From: Phaeosaccion multiseriatum | Taxonomy: Eukaryota > Protista > Ochrophyta, other classes | Assembly (NCBI GenBank): GCA_965112735.1 | Contig: OZ218963.1 | Span: 2,480,001-2,544,000, forward strand | Length of the DNA: 64,000 bases | Direction of reading: 5' to 3' | Part shown: piece after piece, positions 23,074-34,451 of the stretch | Numbering within the stretch: position 1 is the stretch's first letter | Layout of the letters: each line of letters opens with the position of its first letter | Translations under genes and position numbers: made by a program | The notes under the pieces: model-generated | Databases searched by the model: none | What the model was told of the DNA's origin: nothing | The model's input: the letters and a program-made list of their open reading frames with translations, nothing else

Positions 23074-24024
23074 TCTCTTCTAACGATGGATGAAGAAGTG
23101 TACGCAAGGGAGGAAGGAGAGGAGCAGGAAAAAGAGCTGTCCTCACAGGAGGAAGAGGGGAGAGGAAAATCCGTCTCGGGAAAAGGTATGCGCGAAGAAG
23201 ATGCCCACGGCGAAGAAGCAGGAGTGGAAACGATCGGGGAAAACTCAGATGGTGCCAAGGGTGTGCCCGTCAACAAGAGGAGGCCGTGGCAGATCTGCAC
23301 TATCAAGGACTGCTTCAAGTACAAGCAGAGCGGATTTGGGGGAATGTGTAAAAAGCATTTCAACCACTTTGAGGCCCAGAAGAAGTCCCCGGGAAAGGGA
23401 ATCGACGAAGAGAATACACACGTGGATGATGATGCTTACGACAACTCGGAAGATACGGATGATACGACGGAGGACAGACCCCAGGAAGAGGTCATCCATC
23501 GTAAAAAGGTCATGAAAAGGGGACACGGGAGAGATCTGGGGAAGGGGGATCAGGACAGGAGAGGACACGGAGGAAAGACAAAGGTAGGCACCGGCAAGAG
23601 GCCGCGTTGGGGAAGCGATCGCCATCGCCGCGACACCCGACATGGACCTACTTCGCCTTTTTTCTCCGGAGATGAGGATCATGCCAATGGGGATTCTGAG
23701 GACATGTACGGTCACAAGGCCACTGCACAGTACGGCACTCCAAGGTCACACGGCGCACGTGGTCTACATGTCGATGGTACTTCTTCGGACATGGCCCAGG
23801 GTATGATGCGACCAAGCGGGGACCAGGGCGCATTCGCAGATAATGACATGTCTGGAATGGTGCGGGGAATGCCTCCCCTTCCCTCCCCTATGATGTCCTA
23901 CGCACACCAGGGGATGATGCCACATGCTTCACGTACAGATTCGACAAGTCTGTTCACCGGGGAGTACAGGTATGTCGATACTGCACGCGGGCCTAGGTGG
24001 GCATGGGTGCTGTATCGCCCGTAA
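23011..24024 (+). CDS. Acidic/disordered protein with one C-x4-C-x11-C-x2-H zinc finger (likely start 23086)
   Basis: CTIKDCFKYKQSGFGGMCKKH. Confidence 0.6.
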   Translation: MDAYMPRQREREESKGGEISHSLLTMDEEVYAREEGEEQEKELSSQEEEGRGKSVSGKGMREEDAHGEEAGVETIGENSDGAKGVPVNKRRPWQICTIKDCFKYKQSGFGGMCKKHFNHFEAQKKSPGKGIDEENTHVDDDAYDNSEDTDDTTEDRPQEEVIHRKKVMKRGHGRDLGKGDQDRRGHGGKTKVGTGKRPRWGSDRHRRDTRHGPTSPFFSGDEDHANGDSEDMYGHKATAQYGTPRSHGARGLHVDGTSSDMAQGMMRPSGDQGAFADNDMSGMVRGMPPLPSPMMSYAHQGMMPHASRTDSTSLFTGEYRYVDTARGPRWAWVLYRP

Positions 24025-24118
24025 TGTCTCCAGGGATCTCAAATTCAAATTAGGACCCGATTCTTTGTGGTCGGAAGTCGGGCGTGTAAGTTGGCAAATA
24101 AAATGTCTGTACCTTGAG

Positions 24119-24652
24119 ATGAAGCTCTCAGTAGCACTTGTGTTTGCCACATTGGCACCAATCGTACGCTCATGTCATTCCTACCTCCCAAACCAAGCAT
24201 TTGGCGTCTGGAGGATGAAAACGAACACACGTGTCATCACGGACACAGTCCTCGAGATCATGCCCCCTTCCTCACCCAGATCCATGGCGGATGTCACACT
24301 GAGACATACCCTGGGCAGAGCAATCGAGGTGGAGCGGGTTTACACAGGGGTAGTCGATCGACCTGGGCGAGTTGTTTGGACGGATGGCGCAGTAGACACC
24401 ATTTCGGTGTTCGGAGTAGGTTTCGGAGCACATGCATTCTCCGTCCCCATCTCCGGAGTGGAGCACCGCTTCGAATTGGTACAGAAGAACGACTTCATAC
24501 AGACCATCGCGTACGACGGGGTACTATACACTTTTAGTCGAGAATTTCAAAGCAAGCGCCGACCCCCCGTCATACTCACAACCTTCATTTTTGTACACCT
24601 CATTGAGAATACTGTCAGAGCAATTGAACACAATCTGGCCACAATTTGGTGA
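24119..24652 (+). CDS. Hypothetical secreted/membrane protein
   Basis: Signal-peptide-like MKLSVALVFATLAPIVRS within ORF 23924-24652. Confidence 0.55.
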   Translation: MKLSVALVFATLAPIVRSCHSYLPNQAFGVWRMKTNTRVITDTVLEIMPPSSPRSMADVTLRHTLGRAIEVERVYTGVVDRPGRVVWTDGAVDTISVFGVGFGAHAFSVPISGVEHRFELVQKNDFIQTIAYDGVLYTFSREFQSKRRPPVILTTFIFVHLIENTVRAIEHNLATIW

Positions 24653-24700
24653 GAGAGAGAGCAATTGAACACAATCTGGCCACAATTTGGTGAGGTACCT

Positions 24701-24878
24701 ATCTTTAATTCAAATTCGGACCCAGGTCCTCGACGAAATGGATTTTGAGAATTATATTTTTCTGTGAAAGTCTTCGGGCGGACTCTCAACTCAATCTCAA
24801 TGCCAATTGTTTTCCAAAAAATAATAATTCTCAGAATCCATTTCGTCGAGGACCTGGGTCCGAATTCGAATTAAAGAT
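24701..24878. repeat. 178-bp palindromic element, copy A
   Basis: ~55-bp inverted arms with core ttcgaattcggacccaggtcctcgacgaaatggatt. Confidence 0.92.
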
Positions 24879-25285
24879 TACCCGTTTTTGATCGACCTTG
24901 TCTCTACAACTTTAGCTCTTTATTATACAAGGTACACGCGTAATCCGAATGAAAGGGGGCATTATGTCGACTAATACTACAAAATCGTCAAGGAATACGT
25001 GAAAGGCTTTGACCACGAGTTCGATGAAGGATCCCGGCGGCATTATTTACTTTGCAAGTGATGATAGGGTACTTGCGAGCGATTTCTCGAAGATTCTTCT
25101 CCTCAAGCGTTTTTTTCGATTTACTTCCTACGAACGCGGACGGATACATGGATAATCCCGACTCAAATACTGGATGAAACTGGAAGAATGCAAAGATTGC
25201 GGGATTTGTGATAGATACATTATTTTCTTAAACGAAATTCGTGTCCTTCCCGAAAAAGTCTGAAAGTGGATGACACTTCACGCCT

Positions 25286-25741
25286 TTACACCCCCGTTGA
25301 CCCTAGCCCCCCTTCTCCCCGGAGCATGCCATGGTTCACGACATCCTCTTTCTGTCCGTCGAATGAAATCGGCGGGACGACGCAGACCTCAAGGATCAGT
25401 TGGGCGATTCTATCTCCTGGAGATACGGAAAAGACATTGCTTCCATGGTTGACCAGAATGACCTTGACCTCGTCTTGATACCCCTTGTCTATCACGCCTG
25501 CCAATACGTCGACTCCATGTCTATATGCGAGTCCGGACCTGGGGGCCACGCGAGCATACATGTGGAAGGGGGATTCCGTATCCGGCATGTCGAGGACGAT
25601 GCCTGTAGAGATACACGCTCTATTCCCGGGTGCAATCTTCGTTTCTTCGACAGAAAAGACGTCGTATCCAGCATCGTCTGCATGTGCACGCACGGGACAT
25701 CTGGCCAGGGGGTGAACGGATTGGACTTGGAGATCCTTCAT
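25286..25741 (-). CDS. dut: Trimeric dUTPase
   Basis: Motifs AGYDV, PRSGLA, AGVIDKGYQDEV, GDRIAQLI, RGEGGLGSTG. Confidence 0.97.
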   Translation of the reverse strand: MKDLQVQSVHPLARCPVRAHADDAGYDVFSVEETKIAPGNRACISTGIVLDMPDTESPFHMYARVAPRSGLAYRHGVDVLAGVIDKGYQDEVKVILVNHGSNVFSVSPGDRIAQLILEVCVVPPISFDGQKEDVVNHGMLRGEGGLGSTGV

Positions 25742-25844
25742 GTTTTATCGTTTATTTGATAAAACGCCTCTCACGTACGGGCTATTTTAAACACTTTCAA
25801 AATACAAGCTCATATCATACACATTAAATTTTCACTTATAAGAC

Positions 25845-27614
25845 TTGTATCACTATTACTCACAAGACAAAATGGCCATGACTCGGGCCGAGAAGATATC
25901 TCTTTTGCTGAAAACACTCGGACTACGTACCAAATTGTACACGTATCAGATCGAAGGGGTTCTCCGCATTTTAGACATGATTCACAGGGAGGGGGGGTTT
26001 ATGCTCTTTGACGAACAGGGACTAGGCAAGACACTTCAGTGTATATCCATTGCACTTTTGATGTGTAAGTCTCCCCGTGTCCGCAACCATCTACTCGGAG
26101 ACAACGCCCCGGACAGATCCGGTCAGATACTTGTAGTCTGCGAGGTCTCTGTCATCGGAGTGTGGAAACAACAGATCGAGATGCACACCGGAGACGCCCT
26201 CGCCACCGGAGTGTATCAGGGAAGACACCGAGCCATTGACCCAGACGTTGACGTCGTGGTCTCCTCATTCGAAACACTCCGCGCAGACCTCGTTCCTTCC
26301 AACAGGAAAACGAAGAAGGGGGTGATGCGCGGGGTCCAGAACACGGCGTTACTGGACAATCCGTGGGACATGGTCCTATTAGACGAGGTCCAGAAAGCAA
26401 AGAATTGTGGAACACAGGGTAGTCCTGCATCCAAGTTGTTCAAAGCACTGGACATGTTCCCCTCGAAAACAGTGATTGGGTCCATCACGGGGACGCCCAT
26501 GGGTCCCCGAGCGGACGACTTGCGGGCTATTACGTCCCTCACCTACGGGGGCCGCCCCGATCATGACCGGTTTCGGGATCCGGAATACTGGAAGGCAATG
26601 TGCGGGGGCATTCTCAGGGAGTTCAGGAACCGCTTCATGATCCGGAGGAAAATGGGAGACGTAAAGGCAGACTTCGTTCCTCCTCCATTGTTGGAGAAGT
26701 CGGTGGTGGTGGAGATGACTACATACGAGTGGACCGCCTACTTCCAATGGCTCCTAGACACGCAAGAAAAGTACACCCACTTCATACAAGTCACAGGAAA
26801 CCCTAGGGCACCACCTTTTGCAAAGAAGAAGGCGCGCGAAGTCTTCGTGGGGTCTCTCATGGGACTCCGGAGAGTCGTTGTGCACCCCGACTGCTGGGGG
26901 GACTGTAAGGACCTGCATCCGTCCACGTTTGAATTGTCGTCTACCATGACCAAAGTGGTGGAGATGGTGCGATCTGCGCGACTCGAGAACACGTCTGTCG
27001 TGGTTTTTTCGTCATGGGTCGTTCCTCTCCGCATTTTGTGTGAGCATCTCGGAGAAGACAGTCGTATGTTCGACGGTAGTATGGATCAAGCGGCCAGAGG
27101 AGAGACCACTCGGGCGTTTCAAGCTAAGGAGTTTGGAGTCATGTTGGCATCTGTCGGAGCGAGCAAGACAGGACTCACTTGGACGGCTGCGAGTACCGTT
27201 ATTATGCTGGACGCGGCATCGGATCCAAATCCTGCCAATTACTCACAGGCGAAAAGTCGTGCCTACAGAATCGGGTCAGAGTCACCTGTGACGGTGTATT
27301 CTTTGTACGCCAAGGGCACAATCGGGGAGGTCGTTCGGGAGAAGGTCACCCCCCAACGAAAACTGAACACAGATCGGATGGTCGACGGCAATTTTGGGTC
27401 TGCATCTACTGGTCCCGTACTAGAAGACAACATCCCTATTTTCAGGCATGTGTTGGAACAGGGTATGAAAAAGTGGGAGACTATGAAGCACCTTTTCGGA
27501 GGGAAATCCATGGCTGCGGCGATGAGGAGAGATAGTGGACAAAAGCGCGACCACCGGAGTACGGGGGAGAGTTTGGTAACAGAAGGGGGGACAAGTAAAC
27601 GTTTGAGGGTGTAA
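25845..27614 (+). CDS. SNF2-family helicase/ATPase (likely start 25872)
   Basis: LFDEQGLGKT (motif I), LLDEVQ (II), ITGTP (III), GLTWTAA (V), QAKSRAYRIG (VI). Confidence 0.92.
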   Translation: MYHYYSQDKMAMTRAEKISLLLKTLGLRTKLYTYQIEGVLRILDMIHREGGFMLFDEQGLGKTLQCISIALLMCKSPRVRNHLLGDNAPDRSGQILVVCEVSVIGVWKQQIEMHTGDALATGVYQGRHRAIDPDVDVVVSSFETLRADLVPSNRKTKKGVMRGVQNTALLDNPWDMVLLDEVQKAKNCGTQGSPASKLFKALDMFPSKTVIGSITGTPMGPRADDLRAITSLTYGGRPDHDRFRDPEYWKAMCGGILREFRNRFMIRRKMGDVKADFVPPPLLEKSVVVEMTTYEWTAYFQWLLDTQEKYTHFIQVTGNPRAPPFAKKKAREVFVGSLMGLRRVVVHPDCWGDCKDLHPSTFELSSTMTKVVEMVRSARLENTSVVVFSSWVVPLRILCEHLGEDSRMFDGSMDQAARGETTRAFQAKEFGVMLASVGASKTGLTWTAASTVIMLDAASDPNPANYSQAKSRAYRIGSESPVTVYSLYAKGTIGEVVREKVTPQRKLNTDRMVDGNFGSASTGPVLEDNIPIFRHVLEQGMKKWETMKHLFGGKSMAAAMRRDSGQKRDHRSTGESLVTEGGTSKRLRV

Positions 27615-27783
27615 AGCCTTTATTTTGTTAGTATGTTCATAGTATTGTAATACAGTGTCCAAGTGTGCGTTTTCCTTTACTTTCCTCGTTTTGTTACCCG
27701 TTTTCATAGCGATCTCGTCAAACGATGATATCCCTTTGATTTTCTCCTAGAATTACAACATATCCTCGAAGTACGTCGTTTCG

Positions 27784-27943
27784 TTATGTAAGGATATGTA
27801 CGCATATTGAACCACAATCTTAGATTCAAAGGGGTCCGAAATTTCCAATCACTTCTTTTGTTTAGTTATGTAAGGATATGTACACATATTGAACAACAAT
27901 CTTACATTCAAAGGGGTCCGAAATTTCCAATCACTTCTTTTGT
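27784..27943. repeat. Direct repeat pair (~80-bp period) upstream of ORF 27983
   Basis: gttatgtaaggatatgtac...aaaggggtccgaaatttccaatcacttcttttgt occurs twice. Confidence 0.8.
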
Positions 27944-27982
27944 CCCATAATTCTCAACCAACCATTTCACTCACTTCACACC

Positions 27983-30900
27983 ATGAGCATGAGGACTGCG
28001 CGCATGCGCATACAAGAGTCATTCGACATCCTAATGACCCTATTCCTCACCGACACCTCCATCAAGGGGAAGGTCATGCATTGTCGAAACGTTGTCCGCA
28101 ATGTACCTCGGGTTCCGAAGAAAAAGGATGGGTCCATGGTATCCAATCAAGGGGGCTCTCCGCCTCCTTCGAGCGACGCGAGTGAACCCATCAGTGACAC
28201 GAGTTCTTCGGACAGTCCTACCACAGGTGTCACAACGGACGAGTCTGCTTCTACTTCTTCATCGCCTACTTTGAGACAGGAGGTCCCGGTATCGGAGGAT
28301 GTTGCTACATGTGATTCCGCCTCAAACGAAGAACCTTCCCGTGATTTACGGATCGACACCACAGCTTCGAAGAAAGACTCCGGAGAAGACACACCCTTTT
28401 CGATCCACACTGCTTCACCTTCCGACCAGGAGTCCACCGTCGTCCTACCCGATACCGGATCGGATCTCCCTCCTGAAGGATTGGGTGGCCCCGCATTGCC
28501 CATCAATGCGGAAGGGGTGGAAGAGAGCAAGCAGCAAGATCCTGACCCTCCCATCGCCTCGCCTCGCCCCAGAAGGACCCCTCGGAAGACGGAGAGGATG
28601 CAAGGATACATGGACAACAAGCAAGGTGGGGCCAAGAAGGGGAAGGCGAAACAGACGCCTCCTCCGGAAGAGAAAGGAGGTGAGGAAGAAGATGAACCGA
28701 TAGGGGACGGGGTGCGAGAAGACGTAGACGAGGAGCTGGACGCTATCCAACAGGGAACAGGGAGATTCTCCTACAGTACATCCATGTGGGGGAAGTTCGC
28801 CATCGACGCAATGACTGAGCTTTACGCTCCAAGGGACCATTCATTGTCCGACACGCTTACTGTCGAATCACTGGACACGCCCGAGACCAAGAAACACCCG
28901 CTATGTAGCCTTGCGGCCCTACATTGGAACCACTACGTAGCCCGAGCATGGTTCATGCAGCTCTACACCGTGATCTACCTCTTCCGTTTCGACCTCGGAC
29001 AGGACCTCAAGGTGAAGCACACGGACTTTCGCAGCATGACCGCCAACGACACAGTAACTCCCGAAACGAAACGACTACGGCTTCTTCGAGACGAAGTGAT
29101 GGACACGAACGGACTGAAGAGAGATCAACTTGCCGTTTGGGGAGGACTCGGAGAAATGGCCAAGGGATGGGACACGGGAAACGAGGAGTGGATCCTACTA
29201 CGCCACTGGAGAGCCCGCATCGGGACGGAGAAACTGCCCAACCTGGACCAAGTCATTGTCAACCAGGCCAACCAGCTTAAGAACATCGCGCATCGGGTCA
29301 TCCACTTCCTGCGGTTTCTCGCGGTCTTGGAACGCCCCCCCTTTCTATCCTACACCATCCCCGACCTCTCAAAGGAGGAAAAGGATCGACTCTGGTCACT
29401 ACCTTTCATGCGGGGGATTGAGCCCATCGGCATCCGAGAAAACTCCTTCATCGAGAATTTCATCTGCTGGAGGGACGTCTCGGTCGGCAATGGGCCCTCT
29501 AGCAAGGACACGTCCGTATCAACATACCGCAACATCTTCCAGGTGGTGTCTCATCTGCGCATACTCGACGGAACCAAAGGGCCCATGCAGCAAGCGTCGC
29601 GGGATATTCGCCTCTTCTCCGGTAAGTATTACCATACCAAGGGGTCCCAGTTCACACACAAGAAGAAAGTACAGGACTTCATGTTCCACGAGTACCCGTT
29701 CATCCTCACCGCGGCCATGTTGTGCACTCGGCATCTTGCGGTCGACTTCTTCTGCTCCCGCGCCCTTCAAACTGAGGTCACTTGGCGAGAGGGGGAGGCC
29801 AAAGGCACCCTTTCCTTGGTCATGCTCAACCAACTCCTCATGGGCGCCAAACGCAAGGGGAACATCGTCGGGCTGCGGACGGGCCTTTTTCAGCACAACG
29901 GAGGGGCCATCGGGGGACTTGTAAATGACCAGTCGTCCCAAGTGGGTGCCGTGGGAGAACACCTCAAGGTCACCGTCGAGTCCATGGCCAAGAACAACAG
30001 TGCCTACCTCATGAAGTACATCGTCCACCCAAGCATCGAGTGGTTCTGGTGGACTATCTATAGCAAGCGATTGCAGATTGCGGACAAACCAAACTCCAAG
30101 CGCCCCGACGGTTTCATTCTCAACAAGCATCAAACCGCCGTCAGCGAGAAGGACATCGACTTGTTCAACCGCTTCTTCCAGAGTCCCTTCTTCCTCGGCA
30201 CCATGAACTTCCACTCCCAGCGCCACGCAGAGTGCATCTGGATGAACGTCATCGAGATGAAGGAAAGCACCAAGATCGACGTCGCGGCCTACTTTGAGCA
30301 CTCCATCCAGGTCGCCGTCGAGAGCTACAACCCCGAGAGCGGGGGACAGTGCGCCAATCGATTCCTCCGCAACACCAAGTGTGCAAATGTCACTTATGGA
30401 AAGGCACTCGACACGCTCACCAGAAAATTGCGCGCCATTCTCGCAAACAACGGTGGCCTCATCGAGCTGAATGGAGACATCGACACTTCGGAACAAATCG
30501 TCTATGTCAACCTACTTCTCTCTGTGTTCTTCTTCTACACGATGAACCTCGTCCACGCCGCACACACCGCCCAGTCTGGAGAGGAAGTCGACATACCTGC
30601 CCTCCTCGAAATTCGCGATGGAGAGACCTTCCGCAAGCAGAGCCAGTTCGACATTTTCAGTATCCCCTTCACGACGCACTTTCAATTCCCGGGTGGACAT
30701 GAACCGTCTGCCGCATCCTGCACGGCCTGGCTTGAGAAGACACTCGACGATGAGATGGCGGAAACGTCGATCTCCACGGGTGCCCGTCTGCAGAAGACCC
30801 TGGAGGTGCTCCGGTTAGTATCCAAAGCCTACGGGAGAGGTACCGCGTGCACTGGGAAGAAGGAACTACGCAACATGATCCCCGAGGGACTCGTGCCGGA

Positions 30901-30994
30901 GTGGTTGTTCGACGAAGTCTCTACAAGCTTCATCGCCGGCAAGAATGCGGCGAATGTCGCCCAGAAGCGCGAGCAAAAGAAACGTAAGATGTAG
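27983..30994 (+). CDS. Large hypothetical protein (1003 aa) with disordered N-terminus and C-terminal NLS-like tail
   Basis: Long uninterrupted ORF ending KREQKKRKM; no recognised domain. Confidence 0.8.
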   Translation: MSMRTARMRIQESFDILMTLFLTDTSIKGKVMHCRNVVRNVPRVPKKKDGSMVSNQGGSPPPSSDASEPISDTSSSDSPTTGVTTDESASTSSSPTLRQEVPVSEDVATCDSASNEEPSRDLRIDTTASKKDSGEDTPFSIHTASPSDQESTVVLPDTGSDLPPEGLGGPALPINAEGVEESKQQDPDPPIASPRPRRTPRKTERMQGYMDNKQGGAKKGKAKQTPPPEEKGGEEEDEPIGDGVREDVDEELDAIQQGTGRFSYSTSMWGKFAIDAMTELYAPRDHSLSDTLTVESLDTPETKKHPLCSLAALHWNHYVARAWFMQLYTVIYLFRFDLGQDLKVKHTDFRSMTANDTVTPETKRLRLLRDEVMDTNGLKRDQLAVWGGLGEMAKGWDTGNEEWILLRHWRARIGTEKLPNLDQVIVNQANQLKNIAHRVIHFLRFLAVLERPPFLSYTIPDLSKEEKDRLWSLPFMRGIEPIGIRENSFIENFICWRDVSVGNGPSSKDTSVSTYRNIFQVVSHLRILDGTKGPMQQASRDIRLFSGKYYHTKGSQFTHKKKVQDFMFHEYPFILTAAMLCTRHLAVDFFCSRALQTEVTWREGEAKGTLSLVMLNQLLMGAKRKGNIVGLRTGLFQHNGGAIGGLVNDQSSQVGAVGEHLKVTVESMAKNNSAYLMKYIVHPSIEWFWWTIYSKRLQIADKPNSKRPDGFILNKHQTAVSEKDIDLFNRFFQSPFFLGTMNFHSQRHAECIWMNVIEMKESTKIDVAAYFEHSIQVAVESYNPESGGQCANRFLRNTKCANVTYGKALDTLTRKLRAILANNGGLIELNGDIDTSEQIVYVNLLLSVFFFYTMNLVHAAHTAQSGEEVDIPALLEIRDGETFRKQSQFDIFSIPFTTHFQFPGGHEPSAASCTAWLEKTLDDEMAETSISTGARLQKTLEVLRLVSKAYGRGTACTGKKELRNMIPEGLVPEWLFDEVSTSFIAGKNAANVAQKREQKKRKM

Positions 30995-31023
30995 GAAGTA
31001 GTAGTATTATATTAAGACAGAAA

Positions 31024-31606
31024 TCAAACGGCCATCGGTGCGCGAATCCTTTCATGAGGAAAGTAACCTATAAGTGAAAAGTCCTTTGAAGTCATCTCCT
31101 TCCAATCCTTGTCCTTGACGCCCTTGTCCAACCCAAGTCTGGGGAGACACAGTGAATCGCGTCGCAGCTGCTCTTTTACCGCGTCGACGTGCGTTTTGTA
31201 GATATGCGCATCCCCGAAGGAAATGATCAACTTTGCAGGTACCATACCAACCTTTTCTGCGACCAAGTGCAACAGTATACTGTAGGAAGCGATATTGTAC
31301 GGGACTCCTAAAAACAAGTCCGCACTTCGCTGGAACATGTGACACGACAGTTCAAAGTTGTCCCCAACCTTCTCCGATTGGAACTGTACAACGATACCGT
31401 GACAGGGGTGGAGTACACACTCTTCGAGTTGAAGGGGGTTATACGTCGTCATCATGATTCTCCGACTGAAGGGGTCCGTTTTTAGCAATCGGACTACCTC
31501 TTCGAGTTGATCCACGTAGCGTTCCCTTGCACTCGGATCTGTACTCGGGTTTTCCACATCTCGCTTGAAAGGTAGTCCAAAATGCCTCCAGTTATAGCCA
31601 TACATT
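31024..31606 (-). pseudogene. DHFR-thymidylate synthase, 3' part (TS catalytic half)
   Basis: YGYNWRHFG, SRRI, LHPCH (catalytic Cys), QRSADLFLGVPYNIASY, GDAHIY. Confidence 0.96.
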
Positions 31607-31655
31607 CAATAACGGAAACTTAAGCAAGTAACACGTTCGAAAATTGTCTAAATGC

Positions 31656-34451
31656 CTAATCGACATTTTCTTCCTCCTCCGATGAACTCGGACGACAGAG
31701 ATACGATGGTCTTTCTAAACCCAGGAGCTGGTGAATGCCACACATCCCGATGTTTACACTAGCCATGATGTCTCTGTCGATGAAGTTCACCGGGCAAGAA
31801 GAACCGTCGTCTGTTTGAGTTTTGCACTGAAACACCCGAGAGCTCTGTCCCTCACCACTTTTATCCACCTTTTCACCACACCCGCAACACTTTTGACTTG
31901 TAAAATACTCGTCGATGAGTACCACGGGGCATCTGCATGCCAGAACTCGAAGAAGCGCCTTCTTAGGTAGACTCCCTCTACTTCCAGCTCCAAACTGCGC
32001 TCCGCCGAAGAAGACGACACGGATCGAAATTCTACCGTGTAAGCGCTCCCGAAGAAAGTCTCTTCTATCCCTTGAGGCCTGAGACAACATGTTTTCTTTG
32101 CTCATTACCCGTCCTCTTGAATCTCTCCCGCAAAGATCTCGTGCCATACGAGCGAGTTCTCGGTATTTGGCCCGATACCTGGCAAACCGTCTCTTCTTCC
32201 TGTCAATGCTGTGATACTCCTTGTAGTTTGTCTTCAAGTATTTGTAAGTACACTTGACAAACTCTTCCGCGTCCTGAAGGATACCACTCCTAAGCGAGAC
32301 ATTCATCTTCGCCTCGGACATGTCTTTCACGGCAGGAATTTCCCGTCTGCTCGCTTCGAATTTCGCCGCGTGGTTTCTTAACGAGTAGAACTTGTACTCA
32401 GAGGTTTTCTTCAAACGACCAGTTTTCTTGCAGTCCTGGGGTTTCACTCCAGAATGCACTTTTGCTCGTGTATGTGCAATGGTATTGACTCCGCCCGGGT
32501 CAACATGCACTGATTCGATGAAAGAAGCTGCGTCGTGGTGTTCGGGGGCCACTGCGGCCAATATATCATCTGGAACCTTGGCTGCCGATCGGACGAGGCC
32601 TCGGTGATGGACAGGATTCGTGATGTCAAATACTCCTGTGACACTGTCATACCCAGATTTTTCAAGCTCCGCCACTCCCGATGCGAGAGAGCCTATCGTC
32701 AATAAGAGGACATTGACTTGTTCCCCGTCCGTGGTGATGCTATTCACCAGGGACGGTATAGGCATGGTCGGATCTGCTTTTGCTCGAGCATAGTCCTGTT
32801 CGCTCGCCATCCATGGAGGTATAATTCTCAGCCCCTTCAGAATCTTCCTCTTCCTTCGAAGTACCTTTCGTCTCCCACTGGTACTATGACCACGCTTAGG
32901 TCTTGTGTCGTCTTTCACGCCCCCGACAAGGTCGAAACCTCGATTGTACCAAAAAGGGTCGCCTCTTGATGACTTCAACGATGACGACTCGATATGGTCA
33001 ATTTCATCCTCGGGAATTCCCATGTCTTTCCCAGCGGTGGTCTCCATCTTATGCACCTTGGCCGAGATCAAAGACATCGTCTCCCCGTCAATCTGTACGA
33101 AAGTGGGACTGTTCGTAAACACAGGGAGTATCGTCCATGCCTTCGGCACATTGTTCATGCCAGGCTTCTGCTTCTCCTCGTACAGGGCAGTCCGCCCATC
33201 TCGGGCCTTCTTCATGACACTCCTGAACTCCTTAGCCTGTGCCTTCGTCAATTCCTCCTTCCACGAGGGGTGGTTTTCGTCAAGTGTCTCAGGGACCCAA
33301 GAAGGGCATTCGACGATTCCTAACGCAAGGCTGTCTCGTTGTTTAAAAACACCGCCCAATGTGTAAGATGACTTCACACTCTTCTGAATGTCGTTGATTT
33401 CCTTCCACATATCGTCCCTTTGTTTTCGGACAGGTTGTTGTTGTCTCATGAACTCGCGTAGAATTGGAATCACCTTCTGAGAATATGTCGACCAGTACAG
33501 AAATCTCCCATGCGGATGTTCCTCTTTGTCCTTCTTCGGTGTCTTTGCTTTTTTCTCGGGAGGAGCACTCTTCCCTTCCTTTGAGGGTATGTCGTTGTAG
33601 AACTCCCTGAAAACATCGCCCCGGTAGAAGTGATATAGTATGAAGACGCGCCCCTTCCAATCGTCGTCCAGGCGCCCGCCCTTACGATCTGAATTAAGAC
33701 ATCGGGAGAGAACCTGTATCGCATCATCTTCTGACGTTGTCTTCAATGCCTTCACCATCGCAATCGATATCTGACCCAGAATCTTGTTGAAGAACTTCCT
33801 CGTGTCGCGAATGTCCCACATGGCTTTTTCGAGTTCGAAAGTGAGATGTGACTGGAGTCTGCCTTGAAAGTCTCCTTTGATAGATTGCCGCATTGCAGTA
33901 ACCATCACACCACTTTGAGCGTATTGTGCTCTTGAGAGGTACCCGTCTTGCAGTTCCTTTAACAACTCGGGATCGATCTGGTGGTTTGCTAGATATCCAT
34001 CGATGTCGGGATCCTTAATGAGTTTTGTCGATCTTGACGTTATTCCAAGGAATCTGGGCCAAAGTTGTTGGATATACGTCCGATTCGTGTAATGCTCAAA
34101 CTCCTTTCCATCCACGGACCCTTTCCAAGCTTTGTAGTTCAGGTAGACTGATATCAGGTGAGATATCGTACCCATCGTAGATGATGCGGCATGAATGACG
34201 TCTCGAAAGTACGTCGTAGGTAGATCCCGGACTACTCTCGTGAAAGACACAGGGATTGTGCGGTGCCTCGTATTCTTCTTTTCCTCTGGGGGTAAGTGCT
34301 CAACACATGCGAAGGAAAGAAGATCCTTTTTCGTGTTCCCGATCTTCTCTGGAGTATCCGGTTGACCGGTACCAACACTGCACCCCGGAGTATCAGATTG
34401 ACCGGTACCATCACTACTCCCCCCTCCATCGTCCTCGAGAGGTCTCTTCAT
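31656..34451 (-). CDS. Fanzor1-type RNA-guided RuvC nuclease (TnpB homologue), 931 aa
   Basis: RuvC-I HVDPG, RuvC-II IDEYFTSQKC, Zn ribbon CCGC...C...C, RuvC-III DRDIMASVNI; also TDG and FFGGAQF motifs. Confidence 0.9.
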   Translation of the reverse strand: MKRPLEDDGGGSSDGTGQSDTPGCSVGTGQPDTPEKIGNTKKDLLSFACVEHLPPEEKKNTRHRTIPVSFTRVVRDLPTTYFRDVIHAASSTMGTISHLISVYLNYKAWKGSVDGKEFEHYTNRTYIQQLWPRFLGITSRSTKLIKDPDIDGYLANHQIDPELLKELQDGYLSRAQYAQSGVMVTAMRQSIKGDFQGRLQSHLTFELEKAMWDIRDTRKFFNKILGQISIAMVKALKTTSEDDAIQVLSRCLNSDRKGGRLDDDWKGRVFILYHFYRGDVFREFYNDIPSKEGKSAPPEKKAKTPKKDKEEHPHGRFLYWSTYSQKVIPILREFMRQQQPVRKQRDDMWKEINDIQKSVKSSYTLGGVFKQRDSLALGIVECPSWVPETLDENHPSWKEELTKAQAKEFRSVMKKARDGRTALYEEKQKPGMNNVPKAWTILPVFTNSPTFVQIDGETMSLISAKVHKMETTAGKDMGIPEDEIDHIESSSLKSSRGDPFWYNRGFDLVGGVKDDTRPKRGHSTSGRRKVLRRKRKILKGLRIIPPWMASEQDYARAKADPTMPIPSLVNSITTDGEQVNVLLLTIGSLASGVAELEKSGYDSVTGVFDITNPVHHRGLVRSAAKVPDDILAAVAPEHHDAASFIESVHVDPGGVNTIAHTRAKVHSGVKPQDCKKTGRLKKTSEYKFYSLRNHAAKFEASRREIPAVKDMSEAKMNVSLRSGILQDAEEFVKCTYKYLKTNYKEYHSIDRKKRRFARYRAKYRELARMARDLCGRDSRGRVMSKENMLSQASRDRRDFLRERLHGRISIRVVFFGGAQFGAGSRGSLPKKALLRVLACRCPVVLIDEYFTSQKCCGCGEKVDKSGEGQSSRVFQCKTQTDDGSSCPVNFIDRDIMASVNIGMCGIHQLLGLERPSYLCRPSSSEEEENVD

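Noticed and set aside
24035-24080. Fifth palindrome copy (gatctcaaattcaaattaggacc)
   Set aside because: Only a degenerate ~24-bp arm fragment; too weak to count
29519-30496. Long antisense ORFs (also 50291-51100, 55402-55953, 7124-7825)
   Set aside because: Shadow frames of GC3-rich sense genes
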